DNA of 63,962 bases, the filler included, from Octopus bimaculoides (Eukaryota): NCBI RefSeq assembly GCF_001194135.2. It is 5 parts of 5 records of this genome, joined end to end, with 100 filler letters (N's around TTAATTAATTAA, not from the genome) between each part and the next. Parts side by side here need not be neighbours in the genome. Positions count along the whole stretch, not along the records: positions 42,177 to 50,306 come from NC_068985.1; positions 50,407 to 62,671 come from NC_068992.1; 3 more parts are not named here. One strand, written 5' to 3'. Position 1 is the first letter of the stretch. Each line of letters begins with the position of its first letter. The translations under genes and the position numbers were made by a program. This document shows, in pieces, positions 47,015-60,766 of the stretch. The notes below the pieces were generated by a model. That model worked only from the letters and a program-made list of their open reading frames with translations. It did not search any database and was not told the origin of the DNA.

Positions 47015-47115
47015 TCTTATCTCTTATCTTTTACTTCTTTCAATCATTAAACTACGGCCATGCTGGGGCACCTCTTTGAAGAGTTTTAGTTGAACGAATT
47101 AATCCCTATACTTAT
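47015..47115 (-). mobile_element. SINE family B tail
   Basis: CTTTTACTTCTTTCAATCATT..GCGGCCATGCTGGGGCACC-like. Confidence 0.7.
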
Positions 47116-47179
47116 GTCTTTTTTTTTATTTTGAAATAATTATTAGCGTTAGGAGTGTTAACACCAAATGGCAATTTTT

Positions 47180-47425
47180 ATATCCAACTTAACGTGGATA
47201 TATTGCTTGAGCGCCGAAAATTGCGTTAGTTGCCTTGATATGACCCCCTTGTATGGATGTATGGTGCATACCATACATCCATATTCGGCCGAGGTCGACT
47301 TTGTTTTTCATTCTTTCGGGGTCGATCAATTAAATACAAGTGAAACACTAAGGTCGATGCAATCGATTAGTTTCCCCTCCCCCACACATACACAAATTTC
47401 AGGCCTTGTGCCTTTTGTAGAAAGG
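47180..47425 (+). mobile_element. SINE family A followed by (ATT)n
   Basis: CCGAGGTCGACTTTG..CATTCTTTCGGGGTCGAT..GGCCTTGTGCC. Confidence 0.8.
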
Positions 47426-47499
<74 letters not shown>

Positions 47500-47729
47500 C
47501 GTTATTATGACCAAAAGCATTTCAGTGAAGACAATTCAGACTTATTCCCAGACATAATGTATGTGGATGGTCACGGTTGTAATATCTTTGATCATTGGTT
47601 TGTTCTATCAGGGCTGAGCTAGAGATAAGCAAGAACAACAACGTCCAAGTTACTCTCAACTAATGACTGGTGTTTTGCATGTTTTCGAATAAGAGCAAAT
47701 GCCCGAAACATTCGGATAATTCATTTTTC

Positions 47730-47995
47730 GCGAGAATTAAACTTGCCGACACATTATCCACTGTAGATATTGACCAACTCTGTCATGTCTTGATTTGTAC
47801 TCTACATGTACTAAAACCTTACGTCCAGAGATTAGGTGGTCGAAATCTACCGGACGTTCTCGTATGAACGAAATGTTGCTAATACTGACCATTATCAGTT
47901 TTCTTGTATTCCGTGTTTTACATTGCACAAAATGAAATGGGGCCACTGTAGAACCCACAGAAGCAAGAGGGTTCGCATCCCAAATGTGCAAGCAG
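47730..47995 (-). mobile_element. R4-clade zinc-knuckle region fragment, decayed
   Basis: DHLISGRKVL-HVEYKSRHDRVGQYLQWIMCRQ corresponds to the DHLISGC..EY..RHD.VG..IHW.IC motif. Confidence 0.75.
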
Positions 47996-48581
47996 AACTA
48001 TTATTAAAGTTGGAAGCAGTTTGTATATTTGCTTAACAAGCGGATGCTTCCCCCACCTCCTCCACCCCACACACTTATATGTGATTTAATATTTTGGTGA
48101 CAGAGTGAAAAATATCCTGCGGTGTTTGAAGTTATTACAATAGAAGGCAGCACCGGAAATTGCTCAAAGTTTCTATTTCGGAAATAGCGAACGAAGAGTC
48201 ATATAGAACAGGAAATATTCGATTGGATTAATAAAAAATTGTTTATTTCAAGCAAAGCTAAAATAATCAGAGAGTCTAAGTTTAAGGAAATATCATATAA
48301 AAACGAATAAGTTTACTTCAAAGGTATAAAGTTATGAAAAAGCAAAAATCAGATGAGTTTTGAATGGTTTAGTGAACGATGTATTAAACATGGGACACAT
48401 ATATTCAAATGTGTGCGTATATGTATGTCTGTGTCCGTGTGCGCGCGCATGTATTTATATATGTATATGCATGTGCGTGTCTTTATAAACATACGTATGC
48501 ACAAATATGAGCATTATAGCAAAGAGAACTGCGTGAACATGGAGGATGAAGACTACTCAAAACGTATTATATATATATATT

Positions 48582-48584
<3 letters not shown>

Positions 48585-48633
<49 letters not shown>

Positions 48634-48709
48634 NNNNNNNNNNNNNNNNNNNNNNNNNNNNNNNNNNNNNNNNNNNNNNNNNNNNNNNNNNNNNNNNNNN
48701 NNNNNNNNN

Positions 48710-48752
<43 letters not shown>
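48585..48752. repeat. (GA)n microsatellite with internal gap
   Basis: Direct reading. Confidence 0.95.
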
Positions 48753-48755
<3 letters not shown>

Positions 48756-48954
48756 TACAGATGCATCAAACACCATACACAATAAATTATTAAGTTTGTT
48801 AACTTTATCCCCGCCTCTAGAGTGTATTATCAGATGACAATCAAGTCAAACTTCGTATGAAAAGCGGAGATAAGCTTAGGATTAAAGAACTCTTTAAGTT
48901 AATGTGCCATTAAGGGAACACACAACTTTATTGTCTGGAGGTAAGTGGACAGTC

Positions 48955-49000
48955 GTTGATACGTATTTCTATCTCAATAGGCGTCATCAGTGCGTCAACA
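48955..49000 (-). ncRNA. Degenerate hammerhead-like motif
   Basis: Minus CTGATGA..GAAA-TACGTA-TC with perfect palindrome ATACGTAT; stem II weak. Confidence 0.3.
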
Positions 49001-49271
49001 ACGGTCCGCTTATTTCCAGACAATCAGCCTGCACTTTACTTTATTTCTCTATGCAGTTCAAATTCATGCCATAGGCCACTTTGAGTTATCTCTCTTAGCT
49101 CATTTGTATTTAGATTGTGTACATACACACACACTAACACACACACACACTTACTAAACATAGGCACACACAGGGATACGCGCATGCGGAAATAAATGCA
49201 CATACAATAGGAATACAAAATGGTTGGTCATTAGTAACGAAAGACGTACAAAAAAGAAAGAAGTAAGCAAA

Positions 49272-49315
49272 GGATCGCTGATGAGGTCACAGAAGTGTGA
49301 CGAAATACCATTAAT
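49272..49315 (+). ncRNA. Hammerhead core with perfect stem II, degenerate stems I/III
   Basis: CTGATGA-G-GTCACA-GAAG-TGTGAC-GAAA. Confidence 0.45.
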
Positions 49316-49535
49316 ATAAAATAAAGTTGAAGCAAGTGAACACCGAATATATAGTGTGTGTGTTTTTATTTGCTAGACTGGCAACATGACCCTCCCCAAA
49401 TACAAGAATATCTATTTCAACACACGAATTCACACNNNNNNNNNNNNNNNNNNNNNNNNNNNNNNNNNNNNNNNNNNNNNNNNNNNNNNNNNNNNNNNNN
49501 NNNNNNNNNNNNNNNNNNNNNNNNNNNNNNNNNNN

Positions 49536-49725
49536 GTTTCTGTTGTGTCTGTAATTCAAAGGGCCAGCCTTGTCACACTCTGTGTAATGCTGAATCTCCC
49601 CGGGAACTACGTTAAGGGTAAACGTGTCTGTTGAATGCTCAGCCACTTGCACGTTAATTTCACGAGCAGGCTGTTCCGTTGATCGGATCAACTGGAACCC
49701 TCGACGTCGAAACCGACAAAATGCC
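49536..49725 (+). mobile_element. SINE family C, 3' half
   Basis: Near-identical to 16757-16935. Confidence 0.9.
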
Positions 49726-50229
49726 ACGATATATATACGTATGTATGCATATCGTATGTATCTATGCATCTTGCGTGTATGCATGTATGTATGCATGCGT
49801 TTTGTATGTATTCATGCATGCTGTATGTGTGCGTGCAGTATGTATGCATGTCCTATGTATGCATGTTGTACGTATGTATGCATGTTGTATGTATGTATGA
49901 AACATCTGTTTCCCGAGAGCGTAAATGTCGCCAGAACCAGTAAATACGTCTGTTTCATATTTTACTTCTACCTGCACAGTTGAGTTGGAGGGAGGCTAGC
50001 AACATATCCAATATGGTGAAAAAGGAGTTGGTAATTTAAATAATCTACCCTAAAGCTTAACACCTGGAGGGGTATACCAGTCTTCTGAGCAGGAAACTCT
50101 AAATTAATGCAATTTATTTCATCAGTTCTCGCTCCCCTCTATTAATACAGGCGCACACTTATAAACGTACCATGCGCACTAACACATCATTCCATTGATA
50201 TATATATACATGAGTATGCATTCATAACT

Positions 50230-50306
<77 letters not shown>

Positions 50307-51379
50307 NNNNNNNNNNNNNNNNNNNNNNNNNNNNNNNNNNNNNNNNNNNNTTAATTAATTAANNNNNNNNNNNNNNNNNNNNNNNNNNNNNNNNNNNNNN
50401 NNNNNNATATATATATATATATATATACATACATACATGCACAAAAACACACACACTTCATTGCGACATATAATACTATAGTGGTACGTAGAACTGTATG
50501 CGGGAGTATCTGATTGAGTGCTAGCGAGTTTATGTATGTAAATTTATTGGCGTTTATTTGATTTGGTGGTGGGGACTGATGAATGGGTATATTTTATGAA
50601 AAATGATTAACCAAGGTATGTAGAGGAAAGTGTGTAAGCCATTCTGTGAGATACTTATCTATAGGTTGAAACAAATATGAAAAAAATTCAGTGTCCCAAC
50701 GCGTAGAAGTTTCTGAGTAAAGGAGGATGAGGTAATGCTGAAGTCAATGATAAGACGGGAAATGGAAAATGCGATGATGCGGCAATATACAAATTGGGAG
50801 ACTGAAGCTATCAAACTACTAAATGCACAAGCACAGGCTGATATATGTGGGCGCATGTAATTGTGTGTGTGCGTGTGTGTGTGCGCCCGCGCGTTAATGT
50901 GTGTTTCTATGTCCGATTTCATAGAAACATACGTACAAAATTACATACTCACACCAACACCCCCCATACGCAAGTATACGCACCTCTTTCTATTTTCCTT
51001 TATCTGTCACTTTCTCTCCCTCTCTCTCTCTCTCCCTCTTTCTCTCCCTCTATCTCTCTCTCACTATATATATATATATGCATCTAAGTATGATATGTGT
51101 ATATATGTATGTATATATATNNNNNNNNNNNNNNNNNNNNNNNNNNNNNNNNNNNNNNNNNNNNNNNNNNNNNNNNNNNNNNNNNNNNNNNNNNNNNNNN
51201 NNNNNNNNNNNNNNNNNNNNNNNNNNNNNNNNNNNNNNNNNNNNNNNNNNNNNNNNNNNNNNNNNNNNNNNNNNNNNNNNNNNNNNNNNNNNNNNNNNNN
51301 NNNNNNNNNNNNNNNNNNNNNNNNNNNNNNNNNNNNNNNNNNNNNNNNNNNNNNNNNNNNNNNNNNNNNNNNNNNNNNN

Positions 51380-51411
<32 letters not shown>

Positions 51412-51413
<2 letters not shown>

Positions 51414-51620
51414 GTAAATCCCCAAGCGACGAACAAACAACAAGAAAGAAAAAAACAACGCGACGACGTGATACGTGCAAAATATTAGCAGATGCTCAGG
51501 GACGGAAAGAAAGGTGGTTTTACCTTTCGATCAGATCTCTTCGTCAGAGATAGGAGACGGAGAAAAGTCCAAGAGAAAAGAAGGACGGAGGGAAACAAAT
51601 CGCCACCGATCCACATGTGG
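51412..51620 (-). mobile_element. Penelope-type terminal repeat with decayed minimal hammerhead-like motif
   Basis: Minus CTGACGA-AGAGATCTGATC-GAAA-GG-TA at 51521-51547; same architecture as 17205 and 63421. Confidence 0.5.
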
Positions 51621-51989
51621 TTACATTTTGAAAGGACCGGATGGGAATGGGTGAAGAAGGAGTTCTTTCTGAGAAAGGACTGTATAAAAAAGGACGTATC
51701 TGTTTTTGTGTGGGTATGTGTGTGTGCGCAAGTTTGTGTTTGTGTGTGTGTCTGTGTATGTGTGTATGTGTGTATGCGTGTGTGTTGTGTGTGGGGTGTT
51801 TGTGTCGTGTGGGTTGTTTATATGTGTATGTGGCAGTGGACAAGAATTCAGCAGCATAGTAACTTTTAAAATACGAAATTTTGTCAAAAACGTTCAGAGT
51901 AAACCGTGTTCTACGTGAGAAATTCTACCAGTATTCGAAGTTTCGAACTGTTTAGTTAAAAAAATACTTTAAAAATCTGTATTGAGGTG

Positions 51990-52330
51990 GAATAGATCCT
52001 GTAATTGTATGAGTGTATTTATGATTGCGTGGGAGCTATGTGTGTGTTCATGTGCCTGTGCGTGTGTGTGTATGTGAGTGCGTGCGCATATATGTGTCTG
52101 CGTGTGTGCTCTTCTGTGTATGTGTGTGTGTGTGTACGTATGGTTGTGTTTATGGTGCATGTGTGTGTGCGTGTGTGTATGTGTGCGTGTATGTATGTGT
52201 GTGTACGTGGGATTGTGTGTGTGTGGAAGTATATGTGCGTTACTGTAGGTGTAGGCGTGTGCATGTGTGGGAGTGTGTGTATTTGTGTGCATATGTTCGT
52301 GTATATATGTATATACACACACAAACACGT
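51990..52330. repeat. Degenerate (GT)-rich tract
   Basis: Direct reading. Confidence 0.85.
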
Positions 52331-54168
52331 AACGGCATGCAAAGGAAGAGGGTGATTCCGATGTATTAATCTTTGTGTCTGTGTTGTGAGTGAGGTTTAT
52401 TATTCTGATATTAGTTTAGCAGTAGGGTCGATATAATACATTGCGTCGATTCCTGTAAATGACTGGATATGTGGTGAAGAATCGTTAGCACGCCAGCCNN
52501 NNNNNNNNNNNNNNNNNNNNNNNNNNNNNNNNNNNNNNNNNNNNNNNNNNNNNNNNNNNNNNNNNNNNNNNNNNNNNNNNNNNNNNNNNNNNNNNNNNNN
52601 NNNNNNNNNNNNNNNNNNNNNNNNNNNNNNNNNNNNNNNNNNNNNNNNNNNNNNNNNNNNNNNNNNNNNNNNNNNNNNNNNNNNNNNNNNNNNNNNNNNN
52701 NNNNNNNNNNNNNNNNNNNNNNNNNNNNNNNNNNNNNNNNNNNNNNNNNNNNNNNNNNNNNNNNNNNNNNNNNNNNNNNNNNNNNNNNNNNNNNNNNNNN
52801 NNNNNNNNNNNNNNNNNNNNNNNNNNNNNNNNNNNNNNNNNNNNNNNNNNNNNNNNNNNNNNNNNNNNNNNNNNNNNNNNNNNNNNNNNNNNNNNNNNNN
52901 NNNNNNNNNNNNNNNNNNNNNNNNNNNNNNNNNNNNNNNNNNNNNNNNNNNNNNNNNNNNNNNNNNNNNNNNNNNNNNNNNNNNNNNNNNNNNNNNNNNN
53001 NNNNNNNNNNNNNNNNNNNNNNNNNNNNNNNNNNNNNNNNNNNNNNNNNNNNNNNNNNNNNNNNNNNNNNNNNNNNNNNNNNNNNNNNNNNNNNNNNNNN
53101 NNNNNNNNNNNNNNNNNNNNNNNNNNNNNNNNNNNNNNNNNNNNNNNNNNNNNNNNNNNNNNNNNNNNNNNNNNNNNNNNNNNNNNNNNNNNNNNNNNNN
53201 NNNNNNNNNNNNNNNNNNNNNNNNNNNNNNNNNNNNNNNNNNNNNNNNNNNNNNNNNNNNNNNNNNNNNNNNNNNNNNNNNNNNNNNNNNNNNNNNNNNN
53301 NNNNNNNNNNNNNNNNNNNNNNNNNNNNNNNNNNNNNNNNNNNNNNNNNNNNNNNNNNNNNNNNNNNNNNTTCTTCTTCTTCTTCTTCTTCTTCTTCTCC
53401 TCCTCCTCCTCCTCCCCCCTCCTCCTCCTTTTTCTTCTTTTCTACCAAGAATTCACAGTGACTTCGAACCCAGAAGAGTAAACAAGCGAGACAGAGACAG
53501 GCAGAAACAAGGAAAATGCTCCCTTTCATTTGAATACTATGCAAATATTCTTTTAAAAAACCTTTCTTCTAATCTTTTCAAAATTTAATCGTTTTTCATA
53601 CTTACAGTTGAAAAACTCTCAATGACTGTAACCGATACTGAAATGCATTTCATAAAATTGCATTTCGAAATGTTATCCCTATTAGTGGTTTGGAATTTAG
53701 CTGTTATTTCTAGCTTGCGCGAATCCTATGATGGATACCTCTTATGTGTTTAAGTGTACACTGTATTTATATGAAGAAAGATATATAGACTATGGACTAA
53801 ATGTTACACGCTAGGCCACTGATAGTAGTAATTTCTAATATTTCTTTTACCCTTCAATTGTGTAATTGATAATTCTTTTCCCGCATAGTTTTCGAACTTT
53901 AAACGCTGGCATTTATTCACTGCCGACGAGGATCTGCACTTGCGCGGTAGATTTGAAAAATTGGAATGTATAAGAATGGGGCTTGTATCGGATTGCCTCG
54001 TGTATATATGTTTAATCTGGGTGTACCTGCTGACGAAAACGTCACCTGGCAAATTATTTTATTTGCTTAAATAAGTTAGAAACCATTGGTTCAGGAACTA
54101 GATTGGTAAATTCCTTTCGAAATTATATCCTTTTTAGTGGTTTGGAAATTAGCTGTTCNNNNNNNNNN

Positions 54169-54201
<33 letters not shown>

Positions 54202-54856
54202 CTATGAGATTTCTCCAACATATTGGAATGAAATGTTCCCTAGATTATCCATTACTGTTATTCATACACGAGTCTACAGTTGATTGTCCATGCTGTATCA
54301 CAAAGAGGCTGAACTCAAAAACACGTGTTTGCTAACAGACCTTCTTCACGACGCAGCGATTCATGAAGCACTGGAGTAATATACTATTTATATTAAGACG
54401 AGTAATGACTTGTATTAATATATTCGCGTATACTAAATCTGCATAGCATGCGTGTATCAGAAAGTGTGTGCGTTAGATTAAAAAGCGTATATATCTTCTA
54501 TTAGCGCTCGTAGTATATGCACATGTTTAGTGTGCCTATTTTTCTATATTGATATAAAGTTACATATGACTAAATCGACGCTGTTGGTAATCTCAGTTTT
54601 CTTCTGTGTCTGTGTGCTTGATGGTTTTCGTGACATATGAATGCGTGGGTGTTGAACACCAGCTGAGCATGTGTAAATGAGTATATCAGCTTTGTGTGCG
54701 TTAAAATGTGCATATTAACATTTTGGTTTAGGATATATATTCATATGTGCGCTTAAAGGGATTCTACATTTGAACTCAATCTGTGAGAAACCCTCATATC
54801 AAAGCTTGCGGGTGCAAAGGATAAATGACTCGTGGGATGTAGCAGTTTTTATTTAT

Positions 54857-54914
<58 letters not shown>

Positions 54915-55165
54915 GACTGTCTGTATGTCCATCTGTCTGTCTGTTTATCTCTCTCTCTATCTCTCTATTTATTTCTCTATAGATGTGTCTATCTGTTTAT
55001 CTATCTATCCGTCAATCAATCTATCTTTCTATCTATCTAATTGTAAGATATATATATATATATATATANNNNNNNNNNACATACATTTTGCCATGCATAC
55101 GTATATTTATACATATGTATTTACATATGTTCGTATTTACACACATACACAATTACATGCATATA

Positions 55166-55198
<33 letters not shown>

Positions 55199-56453
55199 TC
55201 ACACTTACGTACCTTCGAACATGCATGAATAGGTGCGTTCACGCATATATACATATATTTACATATTCAATGATTCTGCAATGTTTGAAAATGTTACACT
55301 CAGCTATACAATTACAACTCATTTTTAGAAGAGGAAGGACGTATATTCTAGTGATACACAAGGCGAATTAAACGTTTTGTTCGTTACCTACGGTCTATGA
55401 TTACAAGTCTGCTCGAGTAGAGCTGGCCAAGGTTTAAATAACAAGTACTGCAACTCTGTCCAATTTGTGTTCAAATTATGGTACATAATTATTGTTTTTC
55501 TTTGTATCATATGTTCATATTATGTATTGGTATTTACGCATAAGCATATGTATAAACAAACAAACATACACAGGTATATATATATATATATATATATATA
55601 TNNNNNNNNNNNNNNNNNNNNNNNNNNNNNNNNNNNNNNNNNNNNNNNNNNNNNNNNNNNNNNNNNNNNNNNNNNNNNNNNNNNNNNNNNNNNNNNNNNN
55701 NNNNNNNNNNNNNNNNNNNNNNNNNNNNNNNNNNNNNNNNNNNNNNNNNNNNNNNNNNNNNNNNNNNNNNNNNNNNNNNNNNNNNNNNNNNNNNNNNNNN
55801 NNNNNNNNNNNNNNNNNNNNNNNNNNNNNNNNNNNNNNNNNNNNNNNNNNNNNNNNNNNNNNNNNNNNNNNNNNNNNNNNNNNNNNNNNNNNNNNNNNNN
55901 NNNNNNNNNNNNNNNNNNNNNNNNNNNNNNNNNNNNNNNNNNNNNNNNNNNNNNNNNNNNNNNNNNNNNNNNNNNNNNNNNNNNNNNNNNNNNNNNNNNN
56001 NNNNNNNNNNNNNNNNNNNNNNNNNNNNNNNNNNNNNNNNNNNNNNNNNNNNNNNNNNNNNNNNNNNNNNNNNNNNNNNNNNNNNNNNNNNNNNNNNNNN
56101 NNNNNNNNNNNNNNNNNNNNNNNNNNNNNNNNNNNNNNNNNNNNNNNNNNNNNNNNNNNNNNNNNNNNNNNNNNNNNNNNNNNNNNNNNNNNNNNNNNNN
56201 NNNNNNNNNNNNNNNNNNNNNNNNNNNNNNNNNNNNNNNNNNNNNNNNNNNNNNNNNNNNNNNNNNNNNNNNNNNNNNNNNNNNNNNNNNNNNNNNNNNN
56301 NNNNNNNNNNNNNNNNNNNNNNNNNNNNNNNNNNNNNNNNNNNNNNNNNNNNNNNNNNNNNNNNNNNNNNNNNNNNNNNNNNNNNNNNNNNNNNNNNNNN
56401 NNNNNNNNNNNNNNNNNNNNNNNNNNNNNNNNNNNNNNNNNNNNNNNNNNNNN

Positions 56454-56490
<37 letters not shown>

Positions 56491-57100
56491 ACCCCACACA
56501 CACGTATACGCACACGCACGCACACGCACATTTATATATATATAAATACAAACACACATACAGACACACGTACATGCGTGTGTGTTGGTGTCTGTATGTG
56601 TGTAAAAGCTACAACCTTGTGTGTATAGAGTGTACTGTATAGCTAGTGGTTGCGAGCAATAAACAACAACATAGCGAATAACTACTGCACCACACGCATG
56701 CATTTATGTATGTATGGACGTATGTATGCATGTGGGGTGTGTATATATGTCAGTCTATCTATCTATCTCCATTTATACATACATAATTACATGGACACAC
56801 ACACACACACACACACATATATGTATATATACACACACAGACACGCGCGCATACACACTCACATACTCAGACACAGACGCACATACACGCACACACACAC
56901 ACACAAACACACACAGGCACACACACTCACACACACATTGTTGACCTGATGTCTAGAGGAGATATGGATTCGTGTTCCACGTGCATCCTTTAAGTACTTC
57001 TATCGGAAATAAATGTCTTTTTTTCAACCCAATATCTCCGTTATTGCTACAGTTTTATATGTACTTCGAGATCAAATTCCCAAAATGATATATACATATC

Positions 57101-57131
<31 letters not shown>

Positions 57132-57559
57132 GTTCGTGCGTGTGTACTTGGTAATAGTGTGCGGGCTTTCGCCTGTGTGTGCATGTATGTGTGCATCTAT
57201 GCATGGAAGTATGTATATGCGTCCGTATCTGAATATACTATATTTTCTTTTATGTATATACATCTATAACTCTGCCTGTATTAATTTTTTTATGCATTTT
57301 CATTTTATTAATTATTTATACAACAATGTATCTTAATGTCTGTAAGAGGAACAGAACTTGCACAGACTAAGAACGACGCTCGACCTGATAGAAATAGCAA
57401 AAATACGCCATTCAAATCCCACTGGACCTTAATCAATGGTACAATTTTAAATATTAATTAATGACGTCGGGCAATGCCATTTGTTATGTCTTTGGTCGGG
57501 TCAGACATAAAGGTGAACAGTTAATTGTTGAAATTTTAACTTAAGGACAGAAACTTTGA

Positions 57560-57735
57560 CGGGTATCTAACAAGTTATTAACATGAATCCCAGTGCATGT
57601 GTGGTTCTTAATTCCCTCAAACCCGAAAGGATGAAAGGGAATGTAGATCTCGGCAAGATTTGAACACAGAACGTAAAGACGCGGTTGAAATGACACTAGA
57701 TATATTGCCCGACGCGTTAAGCAGTAGCGTCCTGG
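57560..57735 (-). mobile_element. SINE family A, decayed
   Basis: CCCGAAAGGATGAAAGG..CTCGGCAAGATTTGAACACAGAACGTAAAG. Confidence 0.75.
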
Positions 57736-58044
57736 CAAAAATAATTGACTAACAGTGTAGGAAAACACCAGGCAGTCTCAGTATAGCATACTTACAGTAA
57801 GTCTTTGAGTAGTCTACCAATTAATTCATGAGACTGTTCAAAATAAGTTTAAGTAAAAGAAACAAAACAAAACAGAAAACAAACGCGCTATAAGTACATG
57901 TTTAATAATTCATTGTATAGATACACTAGTTATTTTCAACCAAGGCATCCACTTCGGGGTCCATATAAAATTTTGTTGCTTCAGTTTATGTGCAATAAAT
58001 CGGTTATACTTCTATAATAAACAAAGTATTTTAATTTTTTCATG

Positions 58045-58208
58045 CAAGCGCAGAGGTAGCTGTGAGGTAAGCAGCTTGCTTCGCAATCACTTGGTTCCAG
58101 GTTCAGTCTCACAGCGTGGCACCTTGGGCAAATATCTTCTATTATAACCTCGGGCCGACCAAAGAGTTGTGAGTGTATTTGGTAGACGGAAACTGAAAGT
58201 AGCCCGCC

Positions 58209-58249
<41 letters not shown>

Positions 58250-58460
58250 GATAGATAGATATATGAGTCGGGAGGGGGCTGTATGTGTGGTCCTCTCTAC
58301 CGCTTGACAACCGGTGTTCGTGTGTTTATGTACGCGTAACGTTACGGTTCGGCAAAAGACATCGATAGAATAAGTACCATGCTTTGAAAAAAAAAAAAGA
58401 AAAGTACTGCCGTGCCCCAGCATGGCCGCAGTCTAATGACTGAAACACGTAAAAGATAAT
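58045..58460 (+). mobile_element. SINE family B, full length with expanded internal (TA)n
   Basis: Head to GACTGAAACACGTAAAAGA tail. Confidence 0.9.
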
Positions 58461-59567
58461 TCTGAAAATATTTGATTATAAAATTATACTGGATATTTTG
58501 AAACCTGAAATGGCTAAAGGATTATACGAGAGTAAAATATGAATTAATGGGATTCATACGCAAAAGGAGGTTTAGAACCACTGGTATAAACATTTAGTAC
58601 TGCTTTAAGCATTTAGGACTTATTGTTGAGACTTCTTGGACTATTATACAAAGGGGACAAACACTTGTACACTGTGAGTTCAGCAAAATTTACAAGAATA
58701 AACTCGAAATATAGTTACAGGAGAGATAGAATGAAAGTGTGTATTGTTTATTTTACAGGTGTCTCTATCCCCAGCGAGACTAGTTTGTTTCCAAACAATA
58801 AATATACGCACAAACAGACACACAAAACACAAACGAACATATGAGCATGTGTGTATGTGTAGAGAGGTGCACGTGTGAATGTGCATACATGATTGTGTTT
58901 ATGTGTATGCGTGCATGTGTGTGTCTATGTATATAGGTATGTTTATATATGTATAGCTATGAATAACTTTATCTCTCTCTCTCTTTATGTATGTATGTAT
59001 GTATGTATGCATATATATATATATATATATATANNNNNNNNNNNNNNNNNNNNNNNNNNNNNNNNNNNNNNNNNNNNNNNNNNNNNNNNNNNNNNNNNNN
59101 NNNNNNNNNNNNNNNNNNNNNNNNNNNNNNNNNNNNNNNNNNNNNNNNNNNNNNNNNNNNNNNNNNNNNNNNNNNNNNNNNNNNNNNNNNNNNNNNNNNN
59201 NNNNNNNNNNNNNNNNNNNNNNNNNNNNNNNNNNNNNNNNNNNNNNNNNNNNNNNNNNNNNNNNNNNNNNNNNNNNNNNNNNNNNNNNNNNNNNNNNNNN
59301 NNNNNNNNNNNNNNNNNNNNNNNNNNNNNNNNNNNNNNNNNNNNNNNNNNNNNNNNNNNNNNNNNNNNNNNNNNNNNNNNNNNNNNNNNNNNNNNNNNNN
59401 NNNNNNNNNNNNNNNNNNNNNNNNNNNNNNNNNNNNNNNNNNNNNNNNNNNNNNNNNNNNNNNNNNNNNNNNNNNNNNNNNNNNNNNNNNNNNNNNNNNN
59501 NNNNNNNNNNNNNNNNNNNNNNNNNNNNNNNNNNNNNNNNNNNNNNNNNNNNNNNNNNNNATATATA

Positions 59568-59960
59568 GTCGCAAGTGTGGCTGTGTGGGAAGAAGTATTT
59601 AACCTACCACTTGCTTTCGGGGTTCAGTCCCACAGCAAGTGTCTACTATAGCGTCGGGCCGACCAAAGCCTTCTGAGTGGTTTTGGTACACGGAAACTGA
59701 AAGAAGTCCGTCGTGTATATATGTATATATTCATGTGTGTGTGTGCCCTTGTGACCGTGTTTGTCTCCCTCTCACCATCGCTTGACAACCGATGTTGGTG
59801 TGTTTACGTTCTCGAAATTTAGCGGTTTTTTCAAAAAAGTTCAATAGAATATTTACTAGGGTCAGAAAGAATAACTCCAGGCGTCGATTCGTTCGACTAA
59901 AGGCGGTGCTCCAGCATGGTGTCAGTCAAATGACTGAATCGTGTAAAAGAGTAAAAGAGT
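59568..59960 (+). mobile_element. SINE family B, full length
   Basis: GTGTGGCTGTGTGG head ... GACTGAATCGTGTAAAAGAGTAAAAGAG tail. Confidence 0.9.
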
Positions 59961-60705
59961 ATATATATGTACTTATATATACAGGGATTAGCATCCCTGT
60001 ATATTTATGATGATAAATGATTTTACCGATAAAGGTTTTTTTCATATGTACTTATATATATAGACATACATGCATATACATGTACATATGTATACAATGC
60101 ATATATGTATGTATGCATGCACACATACACATAAATAAACATCTATGAATAACTACGTATATACACACACTTTGAAACAGAAGGAGATAGTTTTGACAGA
60201 GGCATAGAGAGGGTAGGAGAAGGTCATGTGCTTGTGTCTCTGTGTGTGCGCTGCAGTAATTATCGCCTGTCTTAAGTGGACAGAAAGATAAAACAGATGA
60301 AGTATAATAGGAAAAGAAACGCTACATATATAAAAAGAAAGTAAAGTGTATGGCGTGTGAGCGTGTATGACTGCGTGGGTGTGGTGATAAGGGATAGACA
60401 GAGCGAGGAAGAGAGACAAAAACAAGGACAAAGAAGAAGGTTACCTACTATCTTGTTAGACCAGAAGAATTCTCTGGCAGATGTGTGTAAATGATTAGCT
60501 GAGGTATTGACAAACTGCTTCTTATACATACAACCCATCCTTTCCCACACACACAATGATCACACAGTTTCATTCAGATACGCGTATATCTACACACAAA
60601 CGCTTATAGAGAGAGAGACACAATCTCGCACACACTTGATACGTAGAACTACAAAGGAAAATGAAAGTAAATAAGGAAAAGGAATTGCAATAAATTGGTT
60701 GTGTA

Positions 60706-60766
<61 letters not shown>

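Noticed and set aside
50576-50680. CTGATGA with downstream GAAA
   Set aside because: Stems I and III cannot be formed in register; likely chance.
50718-50860. Protein-like 46-codon frame (..MLKSMIRREMENAMMRQYTNWETEAIKLL..)
   Set aside because: Short, weak splice signals, no family recognised; within chance expectation.
53889-54073. 61-codon stop-to-stop frame after an AG (FSNFKRWHLFTADEDLHLRG..)
   Set aside because: No good donor and no recognisable homolog.
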